Assembly (NCBI GenBank): GCA_965198235.1
Contig: OZ240248.1
Coordinates: forward strand, 3,072,001-3,136,000
Direction of reading: 5' to 3'
Length of the DNA stretch: 64,000 nt
Origin: Candidatus Poribacteria bacterium
GTDB lineage: Bacteria; Poribacteria; WGA-4E; WGA-3G
Part shown: positions 19,799-29,037 of the stretch, in pieces
Layout: each line of letters starts with the position of its first letter
Numbering within the stretch: position 1 is the stretch's first letter
Program-made: the position numbers and the translations under genes
The notes under the pieces: model-generated
Seen by the model: the letters and a program-made list of their open reading frames with translations, nothing else
What the model was told of the DNA's origin: nothing
The model's database searches: none

Positions 19799-20653
19799 AT
19801 GAAAAACATTTTTGAAGTCAAAGTAAATGCCAAAACCCACTTAGTCGTCCAAAGCGATACAGGACGCTGTTTGGGCGGTGTCGGTGCGAATTTTTATCGT
19901 CCCTTCGTTTTTCCCTTTTATACGCCGGCAGGGCATACCGTTGTTCAGGAGTTTGCCTTCGATCATCCGTTCCACAACGGTATTTTTGTCGGACAGGGAC
20001 CGGTGCAAGTCGGTGAAAGGGAGGCAGGCTTCTGGGCATCGCCACCTCGTCGTTCTTTCACGGACAAAGTCTTTGAGAAATTAGGACGCATGGACACACA
20101 GAAAGAGATTGACATCACACCACATGCCGATGGCGTTCAGTTCGTTCAGAATGTTATCTGGCGAGACGAAAATGAAGAACCGTTAATTGACGAAATCCGC
20201 ACCGTCAATCTTTACGCGCTTGCAGATGCCACAGTCTGCGATATGACGAGCGAAAAAATTGCGTCTTACGGTGCTGCGACTTATCCACAGACGAAGTTCG
20301 GAAGCATCGGTATCCGTGTGGAACCGAGACTGCTGCCTGTCATGGGCGGTATTGTGCTGGGTGACAACGGACGCAAAGGGGGTGTCGAGGTCGTTCACGA
20401 GGGCGAGTCAGACTTTGTTGCCTACCAAAATATGTTAGCAGGGCATGGACACTTTGGGGTCTGTATGACGATTCTCAATAAAGATGTCCGCGGTCCATGG
20501 TTTATTCGGGATTATGGGATGGCACTCTATAATCCAACATGGACAGGGTCGGTATCAACACCCGCAGGTGAGAGTTGGAAAGTTTCACTTCGGGTAATCG
20601 CTTACGATGGTGAATTGGCACCAGCGAGAACAGAAAAATGGTGTATAGTATAA
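19799..20653 (+). CDS. DUF6807/PmoA-like beta-sandwich protein
   Basis: RPFVFPFYTPAG...DHPFHNGIF...PWFIRDYGM. Confidence 0.75.
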   Translation: MKNIFEVKVNAKTHLVVQSDTGRCLGGVGANFYRPFVFPFYTPAGHTVVQEFAFDHPFHNGIFVGQGPVQVGEREAGFWASPPRRSFTDKVFEKLGRMDTQKEIDITPHADGVQFVQNVIWRDENEEPLIDEIRTVNLYALADATVCDMTSEKIASYGAATYPQTKFGSIGIRVEPRLLPVMGGIVLGDNGRKGGVEVVHEGESDFVAYQNMLAGHGHFGVCMTILNKDVRGPWFIRDYGMALYNPTWTGSVSTPAGESWKVSLRVIAYDGELAPARTEKWCIV

Positions 20654-20721
20654 CTATACATTTTTTCATTTGACAATCCGTGTGGTGCATGTTATTATGT
20701 TCTTACTTAAGGGAGGACATT

Positions 20722-21171
20722 TTGAAAAGGTTGAGCGAGTCGTGGCAAGCCGTGAGGGATTTTTGGAGAACAGGGAAAGCCGGTCTCGCACTTTTTCTTA
20801 TTTCTCTCTTTGTTATCATCTACGGTTACATCGCTCTGAATTATGAAATAAATAAAGGCTGGAACGGACACGCGTCTGTTCAAAATATCCTGAAGGATAT
20901 TTCGATATTTATCCCCGTTGGCGGGGCTTTAGTCGGGATGATAGTAGGAGGCATTGATATCATCATGTTACTATCAGATTGGTATCTAGCTAGGCAAGAA
21001 AAGCGGATCCAGGCTGCCAAAGTTGAAGGCATTGCTGAAGGCATTGCCAAGGGCGAAACCAAGGTTTATCAGGAAGTTTCAGAATGGGACCGCCGCAGAA
21101 GAGAAGCAGCACAGCGCGGCGAAGAATTCACAGAACCAGCCCCCGGAGTGTCACAAGACGATTCTGAATAG
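20722..21171 (+). CDS. hypothetical membrane protein
   Basis: Two hydrophobic segments and an EGIAEG coiled tail. Own promoter (TTGACA-N17-TATTAT, 20670-20698), GGAGG plus TTG start, terminator at about 21186-21224. Confidence 0.75.
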   Translation: MKRLSESWQAVRDFWRTGKAGLALFLISLFVIIYGYIALNYEINKGWNGHASVQNILKDISIFIPVGGALVGMIVGGIDIIMLLSDWYLARQEKRIQAAKVEGIAEGIAKGETKVYQEVSEWDRRRREAAQRGEEFTEPAPGVSQDDSE

Positions 21172-21249
21172 TATTATATAACTTCAGAGAGGTGCCGACT
21201 TTCACAGTTGGTGCCTTTCTTTTTCTTTTACAGCGGGCAACTTCGGTGA

Positions 21250-22836
21250 GTGATGAGTAAAGAAAACATCCTTGAACTTCGGAACGTTACGAAAACCTTC
21301 GGCGATCTCGTCGCTGTTGACAGTGTTGATTTTGAGCTGAGAGCCGGTGAAATCCACGCGATTTTAGGTGAAAATGGCGCGGGGAAGTCCACGCTGATGA
21401 ACCTTATCTATGGTCTTTACCAGCCATCAGCAGGGCGGATCTATGTTACCGATCGCGAAAACTGGCAGCATAGGTTGCGGGCAAAGTCGCCACGGGATGC
21501 GATTGCGAATGGGATCGGCATGGTGCATCAGCATTTTATGCTGATTGAAAATCTCACGGTCGCTGAGAATATTGCCTTGGCTCTTGGACAATTGCGTTTG
21601 AATTCGGCAGGAGGCACATCTTCAAACGGTGATTGCAAAAAGTGGTTAGGGAAATTCCGGTTTAAGAAGGGGGAGGCTATCCGTATTACTGAGGAACTCT
21701 CCGAGCGATTTGGGCTTACTGTCGATCCGACTGCGCTGGTACGGACGCTCTCAGTAGGCTTAAAACAACGCGTGGAGATTCTCAAGGCACTCGCTGTTGA
21801 TGCCCGGATTCTGATTCTTGACGAACCCACCGCTGTTCTGAGTCCGCAGGAGGTGGAAGGCTTCTTCACAATTCTACGCAAACTCCAAACCGATGGTCGC
21901 GCAATCATCTTCATTAGCCATAAAATGAAAGAGGTCTTGAGCATCAGCGATAGGATTACCGTCTTAAGGCGTGGCAAGAAAGTTTACCTCGGTCCGACGG
22001 GCGAATTGACTGCACGGGAGCTCGCGAGGGAGATGATTGGAGAAGAAATCAACGACGTTAAATGCTCGGTTTCCAACCCACACCTCGAAAACGATCCTCC
22101 AGACAATGTACTACAACTCTCAAATTTAACAGTCCTCGGCAGTCGAAACGAGGTCGCAGTGTCAGATGTCTCTATGGAGACCTGTCGCGGTGAAATCGTC
22201 GGTATCGCAGGCGTAGATGGAAATGGGCAGCGTGAACTCGCAGAGGCGATCATGGGTTTACGACACAGTGCCTCTGGGACAATAGGTATCTTAGGTGCCA
22301 ATCCCCAGGGGATCAAGGCAGTGCGACAGCGCGGGGTCGGCTATATCCCTGAAGATAGGCAAACGACAGGAGTCATCGCAGCGTTTTCGGTTACGGAAAA
22401 CCTCTTGTTGAACGTGACCCATTTAAAAAACATAGCACAGTGGAATGTACTTAACCAAAAGCGGAAGCGGGAAACAGCAGAGCAGCTCATCGCTGATTAC
22501 GACATTCGTCCGCCTATCGCTGATATTCCTGCTTCTTCACTCTCCGGTGGCAATCAACAAAAAATCGTCCTCGCCCGAGAAATCTCACTTCAACCTGATC
22601 TCCTTATCGCTGTCAATCCTACACGCGGTTTAGATGTCAACGCTGCCCACTATGTACACGAGAATTTGTTGGCACAGCGCGACCAGAGAAAGTCTGTTCT
22701 GTTAATTTCAACAGAGTTAGACGAAGTTTTGCTATTGAGTGATCGACTCTACGTTATGTCGAGAGGCAAGTTGATTGAGGCGACGGCGCAACGCAACGAC
22801 ATTGAGGCACTCGGATTGTTAATGACCGGTTTTTAA
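21250..22836 (+). CDS. nucleoside/sugar ABC transporter ATPase (two domains)
   Basis: GENGAGKST, LILDEPTAVL, LSGGNQQK, NPTRGLD. Confidence 0.95.
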   Translation: MMSKENILELRNVTKTFGDLVAVDSVDFELRAGEIHAILGENGAGKSTLMNLIYGLYQPSAGRIYVTDRENWQHRLRAKSPRDAIANGIGMVHQHFMLIENLTVAENIALALGQLRLNSAGGTSSNGDCKKWLGKFRFKKGEAIRITEELSERFGLTVDPTALVRTLSVGLKQRVEILKALAVDARILILDEPTAVLSPQEVEGFFTILRKLQTDGRAIIFISHKMKEVLSISDRITVLRRGKKVYLGPTGELTARELAREMIGEEINDVKCSVSNPHLENDPPDNVLQLSNLTVLGSRNEVAVSDVSMETCRGEIVGIAGVDGNGQRELAEAIMGLRHSASGTIGILGANPQGIKAVRQRGVGYIPEDRQTTGVIAAFSVTENLLLNVTHLKNIAQWNVLNQKRKRETAEQLIADYDIRPPIADIPASSLSGGNQQKIVLAREISLQPDLLIAVNPTRGLDVNAAHYVHENLLAQRDQRKSVLLISTELDEVLLLSDRLYVMSRGKLIEATAQRNDIEALGLLMTGF

Positions 22837-22954
22837 TTTTGCCCTAACGGGGCTGTGAGGATGCCTCGGCAGGGGTGCTGCTTCGGTAAAGATCCGCAGT
22901 TGCGCCTGCTTCGCAGTGAGAATGCACTACTGCTATCTTTGGCTTAGGATTCTT

Positions 22955-23249
22955 GTAGGTTGGGTTGAACGAAAATTTACTAAAAACGGCAGAAAGCAGA
23001 TGACTCTCCAGCATCGGGAAACCTGAAATTAACAAGTCTCGAGTGAAACCCAACGCATTCTTGCCTCCATAACGTTTGGTTTGTTGGGTTTCGCTATAGG
23101 TATCTCCAAGAATCGGTACTTGAAAATCGGAATTCTCGGTATAAACTATAGGACTTTTGGTGTTTTACTGCTCAACCTGGGGGAAAAAGAAACGCCCTAT
23201 CAATACGCAGAAATACCCAAGCAAAAACACCCCAAGCAAAAACACCTAC
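22955..23249. repeat. composite REP-like element with insertion in its right end
   Basis: Same layout as 6633-6865. The terminal CTCAACC..CTAC is interrupted by sequence ending in CCCAAGCAAAAACAC x2. Confidence 0.75.
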
Positions 23250-23280
23250 GTTCATACTGACAATTGACAACTATTAAAAC

Positions 23281-24336
23281 ATGATAAAAAGAATCAATAT
23301 CCAGTGGCTCGCAACGCCTGTTCTAATTCTCGTGAGCGCGTTTGTCACAAACGCCATCATCATGTTACTCTGTCACTATAACCCACTGGAAGCTTACCAA
23401 GCAGCGGTGAGTGGAGCATTCGGTACTGGGAGGAAGTTCGGAGAAACGCTGGTGAAGAGTACACCGTTTCTGATGGCGGGGCTTTCCGTTGCGATGGCGT
23501 TTCGGTGCGGGATTTGGAATATCGGTGCCGAGGGACAGTTTTTGATGGGCGCATTAGCGGCGACATGGTTTGGGACGAAACTCGCCGCATTTTTCCCCCA
23601 AAGCCCGTGGGTTGCAGTGCCGTTGTGCCTCGGACTTGCTACACTCGTAGGCGGAATATGGGGACTCATTCCCGCGATCCTCAAAGTGGCGCGCGGGGTC
23701 AACGAAGTTATCAGTACCATTATGTTGAATTACGTCGCGCTTCATTTGGTGAGTCTGATGATAGATGGGGGTCCCTTGCAGGAGGCAGCGCAACGTGGTC
23801 CCCAGAGTGATCGGATAGTTCAGTGGGTATTTCTGCCACGTCTTTTTCCACCGCATCGGGTCCACCTCGGCATTGTTATCGGATTTCTATTGGCGATTAT
23901 CCTCACATTTATTCTTTTTCGGACGGCGTTCGGGTATCAACTCCGCGCGGTAGGAGAGGGTGCGGCTGCAGCAGAAGCGGCAGGCATCTCGATTGTGCAG
24001 AACACGCTCCGCGTCTTTTTCATCAGTGGGGCACTCGCAGGGCTTGGCGGCGCAATTGAGTTGACAGCACTGACCCGTCGACTTTTTCTTAACTTTTCTC
24101 CCGGATACGGCTACACGGCGATTGCTGTCGCTTTGTTGGCAAAACTGAATCCGTTGGTGACGGTTGCTGCTGCGCTCCTGTTTGGCGCGCTAACGACGGG
24201 TTCCTATAGCATGCAGCGCGAGGTCGGCATCTCCGATAAAGTGACGTTGGTAATGCAAGCGACAATCCTACTTTTCGTCATCGGCTATAGTTCTATCCAA
24301 CTTTTCCGTAAACGCGCGTCTTCACATTCCGAATAA
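23281..24336 (+). CDS. nucleoside ABC transporter permease 1
   Basis: WNIGAEGQ, NEVISTIMLNY, GYGYTAIAVALL. Confidence 0.93.
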   Translation: MIKRINIQWLATPVLILVSAFVTNAIIMLLCHYNPLEAYQAAVSGAFGTGRKFGETLVKSTPFLMAGLSVAMAFRCGIWNIGAEGQFLMGALAATWFGTKLAAFFPQSPWVAVPLCLGLATLVGGIWGLIPAILKVARGVNEVISTIMLNYVALHLVSLMIDGGPLQEAAQRGPQSDRIVQWVFLPRLFPPHRVHLGIVIGFLLAIILTFILFRTAFGYQLRAVGEGAAAAEAAGISIVQNTLRVFFISGALAGLGGAIELTALTRRLFLNFSPGYGYTAIAVALLAKLNPLVTVAAALLFGALTTGSYSMQREVGISDKVTLVMQATILLFVIGYSSIQLFRKRASSHSE

Positions 24337-24642
24337 GAGTGGTTTGAAACCGAACTACTGAGGTCCGGAGGCATTTCTATATAGATGTGAAATAGACAAG
24401 AGGTTGAGTTCGTAGTAGGGCGATTTATCGCCCGTCGCATTGCAGAAACGCGCAATGAATTGCGCTACTACTAACAAAAAATTATATGCCGCCCCGAGTA
24501 AATATTGAGGCGTGGGTTAAGGCGAAAATTGTGCTTTATCTGAAAACAAAAAGCGTACTTGTTTAAATTGCCGCAGCAATCTAAGCAAAAACCGTTTTTC
24601 GACAACGGAGAAAAACGAGCAAAAAACCCAATAGTTAAAAGT

Positions 24643-25575
24643 ATGTTTGAAGATATTCTTTCAGCAACGATTCGAGGGGCAACCCCACTCCTGCTCGCCG
24701 CATTAGGCGAGGTCATCTCCCAGCGCGCCGGTGTACTTAACATCGGTATCGAGGGAATGATGCTCACAGGGGCGTTTTTCGGGATGGTCGGCTCCTTCTA
24801 CACGGCAGAATTTGCCATGATCGCACCGTGGTTCGGACTTTTAATGGCAGGTCTCAGTGGACTTATCGCCGCGGCGTTGTTTGCCCTCTGTGCGATAAGA
24901 CTGCGGGGTGACCAAGTTATTATCGGCACGGCGATGACGCTCTTAGCATTGGGCTTGACAGAGGTCGTCTATCAACGGCTCTTCGGCGTAACGGGGATCG
25001 CACAGGGAGTGCCAGCGTTCCAGCAAATTGACATTCCACTGCTCTCCCAAATCCCTTTCTTGGGACGTGCGCTGTTTTCGCACAACATCCTCGTTTTCAT
25101 CACATTCCTACTGGTACCGTGTGTCTATTTTTTTCTCTACCATACGCAACAGGGGCTTCGTGTCCGTGCCTGTGGTGAGCATCCGAGGGCGATTGCCGCT
25201 GCGGGTGCGAACGTCCTCCGTTTGAGAACAATTTGTCTGCTATTCGCCGGAGCGATGGCAGGAATGGCTGGCGGTTATCTCTCCCTTGCCGATGTGCCCT
25301 ATTTTACACCCGGTATGACGGTAGGACGCGGGTTCATTGCTTTGGCGATCGTCATCTTTGGGAAATGGCATCCTGTGAAAGCATGCGGTGCTGCCCTACT
25401 TTTTGGACTCGGTTCAGCACTCGATGCACGATTCCAAGCGTTGGGTTGGGGGGTTCCTTATCAGGTGTTTTTAATGTTGCCCTATGTGCTCTGTTTGGCA
25501 GTGCTGGCAGGGTTTGTCGGGCGCGCCGAAGCACCCTTCGCGTTGGGGAAACCCTACGGACAATCAGAGGGTTAG
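24643..25575 (+). CDS. nucleoside ABC transporter permease 2
   Basis: ATPLLLAALGE...AGVLNIGIEG, GRGFIALA..IFGKW. Confidence 0.93.
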   Translation: MFEDILSATIRGATPLLLAALGEVISQRAGVLNIGIEGMMLTGAFFGMVGSFYTAEFAMIAPWFGLLMAGLSGLIAAALFALCAIRLRGDQVIIGTAMTLLALGLTEVVYQRLFGVTGIAQGVPAFQQIDIPLLSQIPFLGRALFSHNILVFITFLLVPCVYFFLYHTQQGLRVRACGEHPRAIAAAGANVLRLRTICLLFAGAMAGMAGGYLSLADVPYFTPGMTVGRGFIALAIVIFGKWHPVKACGAALLFGLGSALDARFQALGWGVPYQVFLMLPYVLCLAVLAGFVGRAEAPFALGKPYGQSEG

Positions 25576-25703
25576 CGGTCAGCCGTCAGAACCGAGACTT
25601 TCATGCTTCTTCAATCTTTACTGTGATTATGGGACCTCTAATCATGGTACATCTGATAATCCTATCAATCACAGTTCAGACTTCTTCCGATTGCCGACAA
25701 CCC

Positions 25704-28700
25704 TTAAAAAGTACTGCCGAGACGAATGTGAAAGGCTCTGTCCGGATCTAAGGCACCCGGTATGGACACGAGTGGGATAGCATAATCTATTCCAGCTGTG
25801 AGGGCACCGAGGTCTAAGTAGAGTCCGGCACCGACAGAAGAGGGGAGTTGTGCCGTCGTATCGATATCCTCCAATGAATTCCAGACGTTGCCGGTATCAA
25901 AAAAGAACGCCCCGCGAACCATCCAATAGATCGGGAAACGGAGTTCCGTGTTAAAGATGAATTGCACATCGCCGCGATGTGTCCCTGTGCTATCTTCAGG
26001 ACCGAGAGAGCGCTCTGCATACCCTCGGACCGTTGTCCCGCCACCTACCCAAAACCGTTCAAAGGAAATCAATTCTGCGCGACGGTTTGAGCGCAGCCCG
26101 GTCGTGATACCAAATCGAACAGCCGTTGCTAAAACAAGTCCATCGATGAGTTCTTGATAATATCGAGTATCCGTGGTCGTCTTGATAAAGCTGGTTTCGC
26201 CTTGCAAGAAGCCACCCGCATATTCAAGCGTAAGCGCGTTCAGTATACCACCCGTAGGATTCAAATAACGTACACGGCTGTCATACGTCCAGGAGAATCT
26301 AACGCTGCTCACGGTTGTGCTGAAAGGATTCTGCCCGTAGGGGTTGGGTAACCCAACCCCTACAGCAGCGGTCTCTTGGATCGGTGGAACCGGTTGGTTC
26401 AGGTCACGGTAGCTATATCTTAGATTGAGGTGATGCGATTCGGACAAGTCTCTGCTGAGGATGAAACTCCCTTGCAGCGCGCGGACGTTATCGTCGACCT
26501 CTAATTTCTTGGCTAATACTTGTAAACTCCCCCGCGTCCGTCCGATCAACCACGGCTCGGTGAGCGTTGCATCAAAGAGATAACCTAACTCGTCTCGCCA
26601 TCCAAGTCTGGCGCGCGCGCGTCCTCGAATATTCCGATTAAAGAGAAAATTGCTGTCCGTTAACCCCAGCGTGCCGCGGAAACCCTCTGCGAAACTATAA
26701 CCGCTGCTCAAACCGAATGTCCTCGGCTTCTGTTTTTCGACAGTGATTAAAATATCGTTGATTTTCCTGGGACGGAGGTTAGGGGAATCTATAACCTCGG
26801 ACGATGGAGGTGTCCCTGTGCTGCGGGCAGACAGTGAGAGACGTTCATCTTGGACACTGTGAAAAAGCCCTAAGCTGTAGAGATTTTGCAAGACGCTACT
26901 TAACTTCTCTGAGGTCCAAAGGGTTCCTTCAAGGTGAGCGATTTCCCGTTCAAGCACGTGTTTTTTCACGACATCCGTGTCTCCCACAAAATAGAATATG
27001 CCGAACACTACCTGTTCACCTTCCGTATCCACAGTGAGACGAAGGACCCCGTGTTCATAAATCTCAAGATGTGTCGCTTCCTGTTTAAGTGTATACCGTG
27101 GATTCCCTTCAATGTCTTGGAGGCTCCAGCGGTTGCCGATATAGGTGGCTATGTAAACGCCTGTAAGTGTAAGATTATGTCTCTCGAATTCCGCTCGGAT
27201 TTCCGGAGGGAGTTTACCTTTCTCAAGGGGTGCCGAGAAATTACCCGTTACTCGAAAAACCGGATCTTCCGTTTCTGATATATACGAGTTACTAACCACC
27301 GCATCAATGTATCCGAGTTCGTAATAGGCTTTTAAGATTGCGTCGCCGTAGGCTTTCCGGGCAAGCGAGGCATTCGGCTGCGGGAGCGGGAGTTCACTCT
27401 GCAAACGTGCGAGGAGAGTCGCGGTATCTAACGCGTTGTTCCCGCTGATGTCGCATCGGTGAATCATCTCTTTATGTTCTTCAATTATTGTGACATGTAT
27501 TACAACTTCGCCTATATTTCGGTTGTTTGGATTCTGTTTATCGAGCGTTGTCTTGATGACTGCCTTCGGATAACCGGCTTTTCCGTATAAAATTTCGAGC
27601 CGATGTATATCTGTATCGAGTTCTGGTTCATAAAAAAGGGGAAACGCCCCAGCAAAAACACTCTGATCTCGCTGAAATAACAGTCTTGCGATGTTCGCTT
27701 GCAAGTTTCGCAGAAATCCGCCTATGGGTTTCATTGTCATCTCTCGCTTCAGTTTTGCATCCGAAAACGCCCGGTTCCCGGAGAACGTGACATCCTTAAC
27801 GACATAACGCGTCCCTGGGTTAATCGTAAGTCGAACACTGGATGCATCCAGTGTCTCCTCATCTACGGTGGTATCGTGATAGCCTTCGGCTTTGAAATAG
27901 GATTTTATCCGGCGTTCCCATATAGAAGGGGAGGCTGTGTTTATGAGAGAAATTATATCTTCTCTGAACGCATCTTGGAGCGATAAGGGGAGTTCTCCGG
28001 CATCCACAACGAAATTAAACTGAACCTCCTTGCCTTCATTGATGCGAAATTGTAACACACCCGTTTCAGGAACAAAGATTGGGGCGATGGTGGCGGTGGG
28101 ATAGTTGTTTTTATGGTAAAGTTCTAACATGGACGCTACGTCGGTATCCACGGCAGATTTGTTGTAAATCGGAGAGAGTCGGCTGAAGTTACAGACGGCT
28201 TTAAGGCGATTCGTTGAGATAGCAGTATTGCCCTGAATTTGCAATATTTTGATGATTGAGGCATCTCCTACAGTTATTTGGTAGGTTAACGTGCCAGCTT
28301 CGGTGAGGGCATTGGAGACTGTGACTTTAGCGTCAAAATATCCATACGCTTGACAAACTCTTTTGATACGCTGCGCATCGGTGTTGACGATTGTAGGTAC
28401 AAACTTCCCACCTTGCTTTGACCGCATCGCATTTTCGATAGCGTTCTTAAATTCGTTCTCGGGAATGCCGGAGAGCACAATTTGCTCGATGCGCGCGAAA
28501 GATGTTAGTTGGTAGGTTAAAACAATGCCGTCGGGCGTGTCCTGCGAGTATACCTGAATTTGGGAATACTGATGTGTCGCGTAGAGTGCTTTAATGCTTT
28601 GTCGAATGGCATGCCGAGACAGTAGTAGGTCGCCAGCGTATACGACTGTCTGGTTTCTGAGTATATTGAGCTGCTCTGTGGTTTCTTCCACGGGGGTTGT

Positions 28701-28868
28701 GTCAATATAGTACTCTATCTTTGCAATCCGTTTCTGATTGGATGCCCCACGTTGCGGGATAGCTGTTTCCTCTGGTCTCTTTGTATTGCGTGAGAGTTCC
28801 ACTGATTCCTGCGCTTCTACAGATTGCAGAAAAAAGCAGCAGGGAAACCATAAGATAGCAATCAGCAA
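25704..28868 (-). CDS. BamA/TamA-family (Omp85) outer membrane protein with POTRA domains
   Basis: POTRA-like repeats (FSGNRAFSD), GGGTTVRGY, ELRFPI, FFDTGNVW, terminal Phe. Start uncertain; nearest in-frame TTG is 28868. Confidence 0.85.
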   Translation of the reverse strand: MLIAILWFPCCFFLQSVEAQESVELSRNTKRPEETAIPQRGASNQKRIAKIEYYIDTTPVEETTEQLNILRNQTVVYAGDLLLSRHAIRQSIKALYATHQYSQIQVYSQDTPDGIVLTYQLTSFARIEQIVLSGIPENEFKNAIENAMRSKQGGKFVPTIVNTDAQRIKRVCQAYGYFDAKVTVSNALTEAGTLTYQITVGDASIIKILQIQGNTAISTNRLKAVCNFSRLSPIYNKSAVDTDVASMLELYHKNNYPTATIAPIFVPETGVLQFRINEGKEVQFNFVVDAGELPLSLQDAFREDIISLINTASPSIWERRIKSYFKAEGYHDTTVDEETLDASSVRLTINPGTRYVVKDVTFSGNRAFSDAKLKREMTMKPIGGFLRNLQANIARLLFQRDQSVFAGAFPLFYEPELDTDIHRLEILYGKAGYPKAVIKTTLDKQNPNNRNIGEVVIHVTIIEEHKEMIHRCDISGNNALDTATLLARLQSELPLPQPNASLARKAYGDAILKAYYELGYIDAVVSNSYISETEDPVFRVTGNFSAPLEKGKLPPEIRAEFERHNLTLTGVYIATYIGNRWSLQDIEGNPRYTLKQEATHLEIYEHGVLRLTVDTEGEQVVFGIFYFVGDTDVVKKHVLEREIAHLEGTLWTSEKLSSVLQNLYSLGLFHSVQDERLSLSARSTGTPPSSEVIDSPNLRPRKINDILITVEKQKPRTFGLSSGYSFAEGFRGTLGLTDSNFLFNRNIRGRARARLGWRDELGYLFDATLTEPWLIGRTRGSLQVLAKKLEVDDNVRALQGSFILSRDLSESHHLNLRYSYRDLNQPVPPIQETAAVGVGLPNPYGQNPFSTTVSSVRFSWTYDSRVRYLNPTGGILNALTLEYAGGFLQGETSFIKTTTDTRYYQELIDGLVLATAVRFGITTGLRSNRRAELISFERFWVGGGTTVRGYAERSLGPEDSTGTHRGDVQFIFNTELRFPIYWMVRGAFFFDTGNVWNSLEDIDTTAQLPSSVGAGLYLDLGALTAGIDYAIPLVSIPGALDPDRAFHIRLGSTF

Positions 28869-29037
28869 TCGGCAATCAGCAATCAGTTTCCGTCGTCCAA
28901 CGGTTCTTTCTTTTTCAAAAAGTCTTCGTATTGTCGAAAGTGTGAGTCCTTCAAAGAGATCGTCAAGGTGCCCACTGATGACTGAAAGCGAAGTGTGCTG
29001 ATGGCTGAAAGCGAAGCGTGCTGATGGCTGACGGCTA

